DNA from: Schmidtea polychroa
Taxonomy: Eukaryota
Direction of reading: 5' to 3'
Length of the DNA: 64,000 bases
Assembly: GCA_044892525.1 (NCBI GenBank)
Contig: CM097885.1
Location: forward strand, 235,850,001 to 235,914,000
Shown piece by piece: positions 40,645-58,713 of the stretch. Made by a program: the position numbers and the translations under genes. Each line of letters starts with the position of its first letter. Positions within the stretch are counted from its first letter, which is position 1. The notes under the pieces are model-generated. The model had not been told where the DNA came from. It saw nothing but the letters and a program-made list of their open reading frames with translations, and made no database searches.

Positions 40645-40784
40645 CATAGTGCCCGTGAATTACTTCACGTTGGTACTGCACTATGCAGGCGAGACACCAG
40701 CAAGCAGGTGAGCTTTTACCTTAAACTACTCCTTGCTGAGGCCTCGACTTCCCATTCGCGACTGCCGATAGAAGGGCTTACGTC
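40645..40784 (+). ncRNA. Candidate structured RNA motif 1 (copy A)
   Basis: Stems CATAGTGC/GCACTATG, CGTGAA/TTCACG, CAGCAAG/CTTGCTG; pseudoknot GTGAGCT/GGCTTAC; covaries with 53087-53226 and 58860-59025. Confidence 0.6.
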
Positions 40785-41050
40785 CATTTCCTCACACAAC
40801 CACTTATCAGGATTCGCTGAATGCAAATTGGGAATTTCTCACTAGATCTTGCGGGTTCTCTACCCAACCCACTTAATTAAAGTCTAATTATTCATGAACG
40901 AAAACATGTAAGACAACAAAATTTATTAATTTCAACGTTATGACACAAGGATTTAGCTGTACACTTTACTAATGTTTGTCGAAAGAAGAGAAAACGTCAT
41001 AATCAACATAGATCGGATCCTTGTTATTCATCCTGACCGCCACTGGGGTT

Positions 41051-41803
41051 TTATTGTTTCTCCCATTCAGTGTCGGCGAATAACTCGTCTAGGTTAAAAA
41101 ACTCGGAAGCGTTCTCTTCCCACGTTACGCCAGCGGCTGAAATGATTCGTGCTGGGGGTCCTGTTGTTAGGTCGATGGACACGTGAGAGTTGCCACCGTT
41201 GGTTGAGTCCTCTATTGATGGGATGTTTGGCTTTGTAGTAGCGCGCTCGCGCTGTCTTTTCTTGCGCTCTGCACGAGAGAGTTGTTTGCGCTTGGGTTTG
41301 CTTGAAGATGCAACTTGCAGAAGTGTGACTGCTACGGATGGACTAGCAGTGGGGATCTCACTGGTACCCGTGATGACGACATCTGGTCGCTTGGGTGACA
41401 GTTCGGTTTCGACGCAGTCTCGACACGGTCTCTTGAACGGTGGAGATGGATTCGAAGAGAGGTTGTGATGAGGCGGAAAGATGTTATCGGCCTCTTTGAT
41501 AGGAATCTGCACTATTTTTCGGGTTGTAGCCGCCTGTACGTAAACCTTATGCAGTGCCTCGGATTGTTCTCTGATGAGGCTTCTCTGGGCACGGCTTTCA
41601 GAGATGAGCGCGTCCCGACAATGCTCACTGCGATGGAGCTTCTTTTGAGTCTCCTTCATTTGAGCGGGACTAAACCATGTCCCTTCCAGCTCATCTATCT
41701 TCTTTTTGTAGCGCCCGATCTGGGCCTGAAGGTCCTTTATAATCGCGTTTTTGTCCGCGCAGGAGAAGCATGGGCGTAAAGCGGATTTCGCAGCTGGTAA
41801 CAT
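41051..41803 (-). CDS. Orphan 250-aa ORF inside element A (N-terminal CxxC and coiled coil, basic stretch, acidic C-terminus)
   Basis: Open, GC-elevated frame; acceptor-like TTTTACAG just upstream of the ATG (about 41813-41820); minus-strand AATAAA near 40922. Confidence 0.6.
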   Translation of the reverse strand: MLPAAKSALRPCFSCADKNAIIKDLQAQIGRYKKKIDELEGTWFSPAQMKETQKKLHRSEHCRDALISESRAQRSLIREQSEALHKVYVQAATTRKIVQIPIKEADNIFPPHHNLSSNPSPPFKRPCRDCVETELSPKRPDVVITGTSEIPTASPSVAVTLLQVASSSKPKRKQLSRAERKKRQRERATTKPNIPSIEDSTNGGNSHVSIDLTTGPPARIISAAGVTWEENASEFFNLDELFADTEWEKQ

Positions 41804-43370
41804 GTTAGGTGACTGTAAAAGAAACTAAAATAACTAATCTTTAAGAAATCGTACATCTTACGACAGGGCGATTAAGATAAACGAGAAAAGAAAACCATTT
41901 CCAGAACGATTTAGTCACTACTATTAAGCTAATTATTTATCACGACAATACTAATTCTGGAGCCCATACTACCGCATTGACGGATGCAAACAAAATGTTG
42001 ACTTCAAAATTGAGATGATTTATGGATTACTAAATTAATCTATGAATGTCGGTTTATAAGACATGCTTAATAATTAAATAGCACATTTGAATATCCTTTG
42101 AAAATACTCTTAATTATTATTTAAAATATTTTCCATTATTATTTAAAATATTCTTATTTATGAACCCGAATAATTTTACTTATTATTTTAAAAGTTGTTA
42201 TCTAATTATCCGCTATATCACTTAACAGGTACCATATCAGGTTATAGGTTCGATGATTTATGCACGTACAGATTTATATGTTAGATTGTAGGACGGCAAC
42301 GGGGATTTCCATCTCTAGTAGATCTGCGAATCTAAAATTTTTAGAAATTTTTCAGAACATTTTATTTTCATTTTACCGATGGCATGTCAGATGACTAATT
42401 GATGATAGAACTGCTGTGAGTCAACAACTGGGTATTGCCTCATATCTGCTACTATCTACTCGATGACTGATGGTCGCATGCTTAACTCGCAATTGTTGTC
42501 GTATGGTGGAATTCCTTATTGTGAGTGACTACTCATGAATCGTTCAATCTACTATGTCGGTACACATGTGTCAATTGTTACCTCCCATCGGCATTTCAAA
42601 TTATCGATGCATGATATGATGGAATTCACACTGCATTTGTCACCTGGTAGCAATCCTTACAATGAGCGATTATCTCTCAACATTGTGCTTTCTCGTGTAA
42701 ATTCTAAATCTGATGTTACTACTCATCGTCAGGCCGGTGTGCTTAATCAATGGGAATTTATCTGTGCTTACAGATCATATGGACTAATTCTTAAACGTCA
42801 ATTTGCCTGATAAGTTTTGTCTACTTTCGATGGCTGGAATTATTTATTATACTTTGCAATTTGCCAATTCTGGATATTTCACTTAATGGAGATTTCTACA
42901 AATTAATTCACTGCTCTATTTGGATGTTATTTCGGCAATGAATATTCCGATTTGATGCGGTGGTGGTTTTAGAACGGTAATACTAGTCTATTAATGAGGG
43001 TGAATTAAATATAATCGTTATCCTGGATTTATGATTTGGCTTGAATTTTAATGAAAACTATTAACGTATCAGAATTTTTATATGCCTCAAACTAACTGGG
43101 AAGAATCTAGAATTGGTGTCATTATAGAACGAACGAACCTAAAGGTGGAAAGTAGTAAGATGTTGGAGTCAAAATTCCACGGATCACGACGGTACTGTTG
43201 GGGAGTAGTCTCAGGGTCGCATGATCTCTCACGAAAGGAATTAAAGATATAAGGCCATTGTAGATGTAGCGTTCACCTCAATCACTGTAAATTTCTGCAT
43301 TCATTCTAGATTCGTGTTACTAATATAAACTACCTTTTTCTCATTTTTTGTCAAATTTTTAGTCAACCTT

Positions 43371-43500
43371 CAGCGATTGGACCCGTGAAGAAGCCTTCAC
43401 ATTTCGGCCCAATCTAGCTGCGTGATTGAAGAACCCCAGATCCGCCAGCTGAGCTCCCGAAGGCACCTCACACCATGATCTGACGTTCCTCAACTCCACG
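43371..43500 (+). ncRNA. Candidate structured RNA motif 2 (copy A)
   Basis: Two long hairpins (CAGC-GATTGG..GTGAAG/CTTCAC..CCAATC-GCTG; CGTG-TTGA-GAAC-CAGATC/GATCTG-GTTC-TCAA-CACG); covaries with 53560-53692. Confidence 0.6.
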
Positions 43501-44938
43501 TTACTCCACATTTTAATATCATAAAAAGATACTCCATAAAAATAATCATAAAAATAGTTCAATCGAATTAATACTTTTAGATCTTTAAATCATTTAACTT
43601 ATTAAAATTTATTGATCGGGATCAAGTGAAAAGAAAATCAAATGTAACTTTTAAAATTTTAATTATTCAATAAATATACATAGTTATTGTTAACTTTAAA
43701 ATTAAACAAAACAAATGAAATACAATCCCTTACTGTCGAGTTAAGCTGAATCGAAATATAAGGATCGCCTTCTCCAAAGTGATTAAATGGTTTCGAATCT
43801 TGTAGTCGGTTTCTATTGATAGTTGATTTGATTTGTTTTAGTCGTTGCTGTCACTGAGTACTTATGAGGTTCTCGAATGGTTTCTCTGATTTATTGACGG
43901 TTTTCTGGTCCTAGAGTCAGTCCTGTAATGTTTTCAAATTAACACTGTTTTATGCTAAAATTTCCTTACCTGTAATGTTTTCAAATTAACACTGATTTTT
44001 ATGATTTTGGCGTTGGTTTATATACCAATTTTTCATTTACGCGGACCAATCAAAATTGAGTACCGCTTATTTTATTAAATTAATTTGTTTTTTCCTATTT
44101 CTTTGGGTATTTTACTTATTTTCCTATTTTTATTATATCTTTTATTTATTTCTTAAATTCCTTATTATTTATTGCGTTTTCCGGTATCTTATTCATTATG
44201 TTATTACTTTATTTTTTAATTTTCTAATTTTTATTTTTTGTTTTAATTTTTATATCTTATTTATGGTTTATTTTATGTCTTGATTTATTTATTCCTAAAA
44301 TTGGTGGTCTTATTTTATTTTATTCGCCTCTTATCTATCTTATTTTTCGACGATCATTTTTTCCGATTCAGCCCAACAATTCTATCAATTCCATATTGCA
44401 AATTAGATTCCTAAAAATCTAATTGAAATAAAATATGTACCAATATCTCTAGGTTGATCTAACTAATTTTGCTACACAATATACCGGAGCTATTCCTCAT
44501 CCATAATGAATTGGGAACTATTGCTTCTGTTATGATGAATGGAAAACCTTGCACATCACATAAAAATAAGAAGGTTTGACTTAGCCCTCGTGTATGTCAA
44601 CTTACGCTGTTTCTAGGATATCTAGCACAACGTAAGAGAACTTGAGGAAACAATTTTTTTTTAATCAGCTTCTCGAAAAAATAAACGCAAGATTGACTAA
44701 ATGTTATTTTAAATAAAATGCTTTTTCATCAGTTTTGCACAATTTAGTGGCAGTAATTGAAAAGTAATTAAGTTTTGTTTTCGTTTCCATTTTAAATATG
44801 TCAGATTCTTATTTTCAAATACACCAGAAAAAATCTAGAAACCAATAATTGATGATGAAAATGAAAACCAATTTAAAAGAAATAAAATAAGTTCAAACTA
44901 ATTTTTGTGTTTTGTTTAAATATTCTTTATATTTTACA

Positions 44939-51367
<6,429 letters not shown>

Positions 51368-53086
51368 CTTAGTTTTCCGTTTTGTTGACGGATTTTATGA
51401 ATTGCATTTACAAATTCACTTTGTGCATCATTTTTTTTAAATAAATATTATTTCTATGCTTATATTATCTTTTATTTAATACTCTCAATAGGAAAATACT
51501 AAATGTTTCATCATCTTTATAATATTGTAATAGATTGTAATAGATTGTAACAAATAGAAAGAAAGATAAATACTACTATGAAATGTAATTTTAATGATCT
51601 TGAAGTCTATAAGTAATACATTTTTTATCTTCAGATGTACACCAAACGCCACTGAGAACTGTTTCCTATAATATAACAAAAAAATCAATAATCTTACATT
51701 ATAGAAACATACATACTTACTTTGATTTCACGTTGATGTTCTCATTTATAGCTCAGTGAGATACATCTTATACTATAGAAATCTGAAAAGTGGAAGAAAA
51801 ATTAAAAACTGCACACAAGCGCAACACATACTAAAAACACATACAAACTTTTGATTCATCGAAATGCACCGCTGAGATACGTTTCTATAATAATTCTATT
51901 TTAGATAATTTTTAGAAAAAAAAAGATCGCTGAAAATTTTTAAAAATATATTTTTAATGAAACTTTCAAGATCAGATGAAATTGGTTCAATGTCTTTTCA
52001 ATCCAGATTTGCTTTCCTGAAAGAAACCCCTCATATAGAGCCCAGAAAAAAAATTACAAAAATTATTTTTTCATACTAGGCGATTTTGTATTGATGTGAT
52101 CAGAGGTAAGGTTAAATGAAATATTGTATGCAGTTGTTTAAAAGAAAGGACAATGTTGGGCCTTGATATAAATACTGCTCGTTTTGAGCGTGTGATGAGT
52201 CGTGCTGTTACTCTAAATGGCATGAAATAAAGTTGAAAAGTTTATTTATAATAAATAATTTTTTTTCTACTTTTAGTTTAATTTTACATTTAAAAAAATA
52301 TTATTTTATATTTTTCATTTTAAAAAATTATGTTTTTTATTACGATAGCTACAATGATTAAACATTTTGATAAAGATGATTAAACATTTTGATAAAGATG
52401 ATGAAATATTTAGGAAAACCCTATAATCAATGATCAATCTTTTTGTTTTATTAAAAAAATTAACTCTGTTTAAAAATTTAACTTATTGATTTGAATTTTT
52501 GTCATTAAAATTATTGCTAGCATATACAAAAGCGCATAAATTACGGTAAGTTTAGCCATAAAATAAGGTATACTGCTACCCCTGTAAAATGTTTTCTAAG
52601 TTAATCGAAGGTTATCAGAATTGGCGACATCTTACAGAAACTTTATCTGGACACGAAGTTTCAAAGGAACATATAACTTCCATGTGCAAATTATACAGAC
52701 GTTCTTCAGCATTACATTAAATAGATACAAAATTAGTGAAGCAGACACTCAAAGAAGAGAATTATTGGAGGGATGTCTTACGAAGGATAGAATCGACAAT
52801 AAAATTAATTGCAAGTCTCGGTTTAGGATTTAGAGGACATGAAAAAGACAATCTTCTAGTAGAAAAGGCGTGCTTGGAATATCTAAGTGAATATGACGAT
52901 TTTTTTAAATTACATTTGGAAACATGGAAATCGTGGACAAGGAAATGTGAACTATTTATCTCATCAAATATGTGACGAGTTTAGACAACTGTTGGCGCTT
53001 AAGGCTGTGTCATTTTATTTGTAAATGTGTTAGGGATACTTGTAGATGTTGAATCGACTTCTTCCTAAACGCCTTCACGACTATAA

Positions 53087-53226
53087 CATCTGTGTACCCA
53101 TGGCGATGAGCATGTTGGTACTCTACACAATGGCTGAAAATCCATGAGCAGGTGAGCTCTATTACTAAAACTACTCATGATATTTTCATTTTCGGGTTTT
53201 GGACTGCCGATAGCAGGCCTTACGTC
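53087..53226 (+). ncRNA. Candidate structured RNA motif 1 (copy B)
   Basis: Stems TGTGTA/TACACA, CATG/CATG, TGAAAAT/ATTTTCA, CATGAG/CTCATG; conserved TTGGTACT, CAGGTGAGCT and GACTGCCGATAG..CTTACGTC. Confidence 0.6.
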
Positions 53227-53559
53227 ATTATTCATTATCTATTCTAGTGTTAGATTATCGTTATGTCTTCATTTAACTGTGGTCCTCATTTCTAGATGTT
53301 TTCTAATATTATCTTCAAAGGTTTTGCGCAGGGATATGCACTTATTTTTCTGTTAATAGATGTTGCTCTGCGTTTTCTGTAATATTTGTGAATATTTAAC
53401 TTATCCTTCAAAGAAATTTAAGTAGGGATCTGACCTTATTTCCATGTTGCTTTAAATGTTGCTCCATAATTTTCATAATAATCAAATTATTCTTCAAAAA
53501 ATTTGAGCAGAGATCTGCCTGTATTTCTGTTTTAACCTATGTTTCACTAAAGTTACTTA

Positions 53560-53692
53560 CAGCGACGGACCCGGGGAGAAGCTTCCACATTACGGCCCGA
53601 AATCAGCTGCGTGATTGATAAACCAGCATACCCGCCAGTCTAAGCATCCCGAAGGTACTCCACACCATGGTATGGTGGATCTCAACTCTACG
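53560..53692 (+). ncRNA. Candidate structured RNA motif 2 (copy B)
   Basis: GGGAG/CTTCC, CGG/CCG and CATACC/GGTATG replace the stems of copy A. Confidence 0.6.
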
Positions 53693-54841
53693 GTAACTAT
53701 AGTTCATAATCAATAAGCATAACAATTGAAACCAATAAAAATTATTCAAAACTTAAAAACTAAAAATACAAAGATTTATTATCTTAAAACATTAAATAAA
53801 AATTACACATTAAAATAAAATTACCAAATCCAATACCACGATGGAATAAAATCGAAAACTGAGAGCAGCAACAATCTTGTATTAACGTTAAATGTCTAAA
53901 CCAAGTGTAATTTCTAATTGAAAATCTAGTTCTTAAAATGAATTTTAAATCAGTATTTATACTGATCTCGATTGTGCATCCATGCATTCTCTACCACTAG
54001 ATCCAATCAGAATGCAGTAAAACTTGATTTACTTTTGCATGCATGCATGAGTGTGTGTAATTATTTATTTTTACATTTTATAATTTAAAGAATTTAAGCT
54101 AATTTCATATTTACTTTTCTTAATTTTAACCATTTAATTCTATAAACTTTATAATTTACATAATGTTAACTAATTTTATTTTTAATTCTTATTATTTTTA
54201 AATATTTAATAAATTTTATAATTTACATAATTTCAACTAATTTTATTTTAACTTTTCCTATCAGTTCTACCGGAATTTCTTTAGTTTTAATTTTTAAATG
54301 AATTTATTTCTTTATTTTACTTCATTTAATTTTTAAATAAATTTTTTTCTGTTCCTTTTCTTAACGTATGCACTCATTGTCATAGCTCCTTCGTATGTAA
54401 ATGCGAGCCATAACATCCCTAATTAATTTGATTAGGGTCTTTCGTATGTAAATATGACCAATAATCCTTCTTAAAATTTATTTTTAGTTTATTATCAATT
54501 ATTATTTTATTTATTATTCTTTTATTTTTCCAAGTGAGCAGATTCCCAGCATGCGTTATTTTTCTCCTAACTGTGTTGGTGATTGCAACTTCTTGTATTT
54601 CTTTATTTTTTTTATACGTGTTTTATTTATTCTCGCTGTGTTAGGTACTTTATTTTGTATTATTCTCGGTATGATCATGGATTTTCATTCAACTTGGTGC
54701 AGTTTTTATGTTATGTATTTTCGATTCATTAAAACAAACTCTCAATCTTCTATTCTAGCTCAACACAAATAATTAGCGACTCTGTTTTGTTTTAAATAAT
54801 TGAAGACGTAAAAGCTGCAAATATTTACAGCATTATTGTAG

Positions 54842-55589
54842 TGTTGGGCTAGAAAGGTTCGAAAAGTTAAATAAAATTTTCCAAATAAGTTTTCGTGTTT
54901 ATATTAGGATAAAGTAGTAAAGGTGAAGCGTCAAATGAGGCACCAACATAATATAGATAAAGCATAACGTCAATTTAAATAAATTTGAAAAAACACCAAA
55001 TAAACAGACATAAAAAATATAATAAGATAAAATAAAATAAAACAAAATATGTCAAAATATGTCTTATATGTCAATTGTCTGATATGAATTGTATAATACT
55101 ATAAGAATAATTAAAAATTTTCACTGAAGCATTTCTTTTCTCTTTTATATAGCAAAGTATTTGATAGGCATGATAGAAATTTAGTAGTAGTTATTAATTC
55201 ATTTTATTGATTTTTATCGTTCACTGCATAGACTGAATGTCATGCTGGTCCAGGGCAAAGGGGAAGTCACGTCCTCTTACCTTACAGACCAGGTGGAAAT
55301 TCAGGTATGGCTCAGTAGGAATTCAGAGAAGTATTCCACGAGAGGACCGCCCGAATCAATATAGGCTCACCAACTCCATAATGTCCTCCGATATTGCGTA
55401 GTTAAAACAAGACCCGTTTCAAAAGTTCTTTGTCATGGTTAAAATTATCAGGGGTGTTTGGGATATTCAAGTACAGGTTTGGTATACGTCATAGTCTAAA
55501 CAAGGAGAGACCTACCATGGATCACCTCATAGACACTTTGCTTATCGTGATGTCTATAGGAAACGCATTTTCCCACCGAACGCCCAACA
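54842..55589. mobile_element. Solo-LTR-like element C (748 bp)
   Basis: Perfect TGTTGGGC...GCCCAACA ends; TSD GTAG/CTAG; removal restores the hAT frame YSIIV-DSTPDI. Confidence 0.85.
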
Positions 55590-57059
55590 CTAGACTCGAC
55601 GCCAGATATTTCCAATGTCGATCAGTTGACTTTTATTTTTAGATATGTGCTGCCAGCTGGAGATATAAAAGAAAGATTCATAGGGTTTTTGCCTATTAAA
55701 AAGCACGATGCTGCAAATTTAGAAGAACAGTTACTTAAAATATATGCAGAAAAAAAATATCCAGATTGATATTAAACTTTATAGAGGACAGTCGTACGAT
55801 AATGCTACAAATATGTCTGGGAAGTACACAGGATTGCAAGTTCGCATTAAAAAACATAGGTCTACAGCCGCGTATATTCCTTGTTCCACACATTCGTTAA
55901 ACCTTAAACTTAAATTCTTTTAAAATGATAGAAGGCCCATTTTAATTTTACCGCCCAGGGTCCACAAGTAACTTAATCCGCCACTGGGTACAGTATAAGA
56001 CACTTGTTTTATAAATAGAAAAATAAACACATTTTCGGTGAAATTTATCCAATGTTTTTTCAATTGGATTTTTATTTTTCCCGCTTCCCAAAAAATTTAG
56101 TGTCAACTGTATATTTAAAATATTCAAAACTTTTAGTTTGTTTTAATATGTCATAAGTATCATAATTAACAATTTCTTTTAAATATCCTGAAAGTTTTTA
56201 AAAATATTTTTGTCTTTTAAATCAACTATTTTTTAAACTTTATGTCAATTGTAAATGTCATACAAAGGTTAGACATTAATTATAGCTTAAATCTTTCATT
56301 AACTTATTAATTTAGATTCACAGGTAATTGAATTATTTATCTTTCTAAATTAACTTTTTTAGTCATTTAAGCCAGGAAGGTACTCGAGGTAAATTTATAG
56401 TTTATTTAAAATTATTTTTTTTTGTTTTTAAGCACAGTTTATTCAAGATCAGGTTATTTTTATTTATATTTTATAACTATAATGTTTATAAGTATATTTA
56501 ACATACAATTACAAAGTGAGTAAAATTAATTTTATTACATCATGAAATACTTTATTAATTTTTTTTACATTAAAATAAGTTACAGAATTTATCGATTAAT
56601 TTCTACCAACATTTCGATATAAATAAATCTGAAATGCATTTCATTATATTAATTTTTTACAATTTTATTTTTGTTATTTTAATCTACTCATTATTCAGGA
56701 ATAATTGTCAAATTTAGAAAAAAATTGGAATATTGAAAAAAATGTTTTTTAATTTTTTAAAAGTGGTTTGACATTCAATCTAAACAATAATTAAATATTT
56801 TCATTAATATTGAGACTATTTTGGACCAATGGAAATTGCTTCAGAATTGTATATTGTTGAATTTATTGATTTTTTTGTAGCAAGATTATTGGTCTGATTA
56901 TTAATAATTAATTAACAAAATCTAGCAATTTTGTTATTTTATTTACACTTCATTCAAATGATTATTACCATAACAACCAAGGACATAATTAACATGCCAA
57001 AAACACAATTATTGTCGAACAACTTAATTATATGATATATTCTCTAGTGTGCCATCCTG

Positions 57060-58030
57060 ACATTTCTTCATGTATGGAAGCATCTGTGGTTTTCATAGGT
57101 CTTCCGAAATCCTTTGATTTCTCTTTCAATCATTCTATCTTTCGTCGTTGTGTAATCATTAAGCTTGAATTTTAATCTTTTTAGTAGGTCGTTGTTTCTC
57201 ATTTCCTGAGTTCCTAGAGAATGTTTCTACTGCTGCATGGATCTTTGTTCTTTGGATATCTATTGGTTACTTATCGCAGTTCTTATTGCTTCTAAATTTG
57301 TGCAGTCATCAAATGGATATTTTATATCTATCATATTAGAAGACTTTGGGGACATATAATTTATTAATATCACAAAACTGATTATCCTTCCAGAGGAAGT
57401 AATTATATTGTAAGTATCTTGAGCAAGATACACACACGCATTATATCGCACATTTGACATTCAGGCATACATTACATAATAATCAGACATACAAATTCAA
57501 CATGCTATAATATTATTTCAAACGGGTATTATTTACAGTTATCCTAAAATATCATATATAACTTCTCTTTTGTTCTTACAGCTGTGCCCGCCTTTAGTAT
57601 TTCCATTACTTCGTTTGGTTTCTGTCTCGAAGCTTACGTTCCTACCTCTTAATAAGTCTTCTAGTGGTTTTTCTATTTCGTTGTGCATGTTAGTTATTAA
57701 TCTGCTTCCATATGTACAAACGATTAACATTTGTGCTGACGATTCGTGTGGGAAGTCGAAATTCCTGCATTTCGTTGGTCCTGTACTTCCTCCTTTCTTG
57801 TTTCATATTTAGATTTAGCATACTTGCTCTCGCCTTAACTATGAATATCCAATCTTGGTCCATTAGGTATTTGGGAATTTTCCATGGCCGCAGATTGTGG
57901 AAGTCTCAGGATGTGACCTGGCCATATTTTTAAATATTTTTCGCGAGCCATCCAGTGAAGAGTTTTTGAAATTTTGTTAATATGTGGATTTTTCTTGGAT
58001 CCTGCATTTATCATTGCATCCAATTGACAT
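57060..58030 (-). pseudogene. 3' fragment of an RLE-type non-LTR retrotransposon (NeSL/Utopia/R4-like)
   Basis: DWIFIVKARASMLNLN; degenerate zinc knuckle KCRNFDFPHESSAQMLIVC..LITNMHNEI; endonuclease-like MIDIKYPFD; NDLLKRL..RKTYENH. Frameshifts and stops present. Confidence 0.65.
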
Positions 58031-58713
58031 TTACACAATAAAGGTTTAAGTCAAATCACTGTTGACAATTCTGTATTGTTGCTCTATGAATAGTATCGGC
58101 GATAGCAGGCTATTTTATCGTTGTTCAAATGAAATTAGAATACATTTTGAACTCTGTCCTTTATATATGTCACTATATACACCTAAAAGAAACGATGTTA
58201 CAAATTTGTAATAAGTATAAAACTTTTATTATGGAAATACTCAATCATGTAGCTTTCGGTATATATTCGGTGCTGACAACATCCTATTTGATTTCTCATG
58301 ATTTAGCGACAGTCCCCTCCCCTTTAATATCAATTATTATCAAAGATAAAAATATCATAATTTATATATTTTTTGTCAATCACTCTGTACACCTCAGTGA
58401 GTGAGTTAAATTATTAATAAATTTGTGCCATAATTTTGTAAACTTTGAACTGTTAAAAACTATTGCTATACTAATGTAATCTAAGATACTGAAAATGTTA
58501 ACATACTTAACAATAGAAACACCAATAGTAAAAAAAAAGAAATGTCAATTGTTATTTATTATATTCTTATTCTTTCAGCAAATTTTCCTAGGAATGACAT
58601 AATCAAATCCCAATCTGAATTGGAAAGAAAAGATTTATATTCTACACCCGCACGTAAGGATATTATATATATATTACGAATGTAAATTTGAATATTATAA
58701 ACATTACAAGCTT

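Larger units (their letters stand above)
40518..44378. mobile_element. Giant solo-LTR-like element A (3861 bp)
   Basis: Termini TGTTGGG...CCCAACA with a perfect 4-bp TSD ATTC (40514-40517, 44379-44382); no transposase or RT recognised inside. Confidence 0.75.
53028..54570. mobile_element. Solo-LTR-like element B, related to element A
   Basis: Starts TGTTAGGG; carries motif 1 (53087-53226) and motif 2 (53560-53692) in the same order as element A; interrupts the hAT transposase. Right end uncertain (about 54570 or 54765); no TSD found. Confidence 0.55.
52570..55986 (+). mobile_element. Decayed hAT (Tip100/ZMYM1-like) element split by two insertions
   Basis: WRDVLRRI..LGFRGH..NYLSHQICDEF (52740-53000), IEDVKAANIYSIIV (54799-54840), DSTPDI..DQLTFIFRYV..ERFIGF..RGQSYDNATNMSG..IPCSTHSLNL (55593-55905); right TIR AATCCGCCACTG ending at 55986. 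Left end not found. Confidence 0.85.

Noticed and set aside
41572..41600. CTGATGAG as a hammerhead ribozyme core
   Set aside because: No stem II followed by GAAA in the right position, and it lies within the 250-aa ORF.
43359..43562. 67-aa minus-strand ORF over motif 2
   Set aside because: The homologous block at 53560-53692 has frame-breaking indels and a stop; conservation fits base pairing instead.
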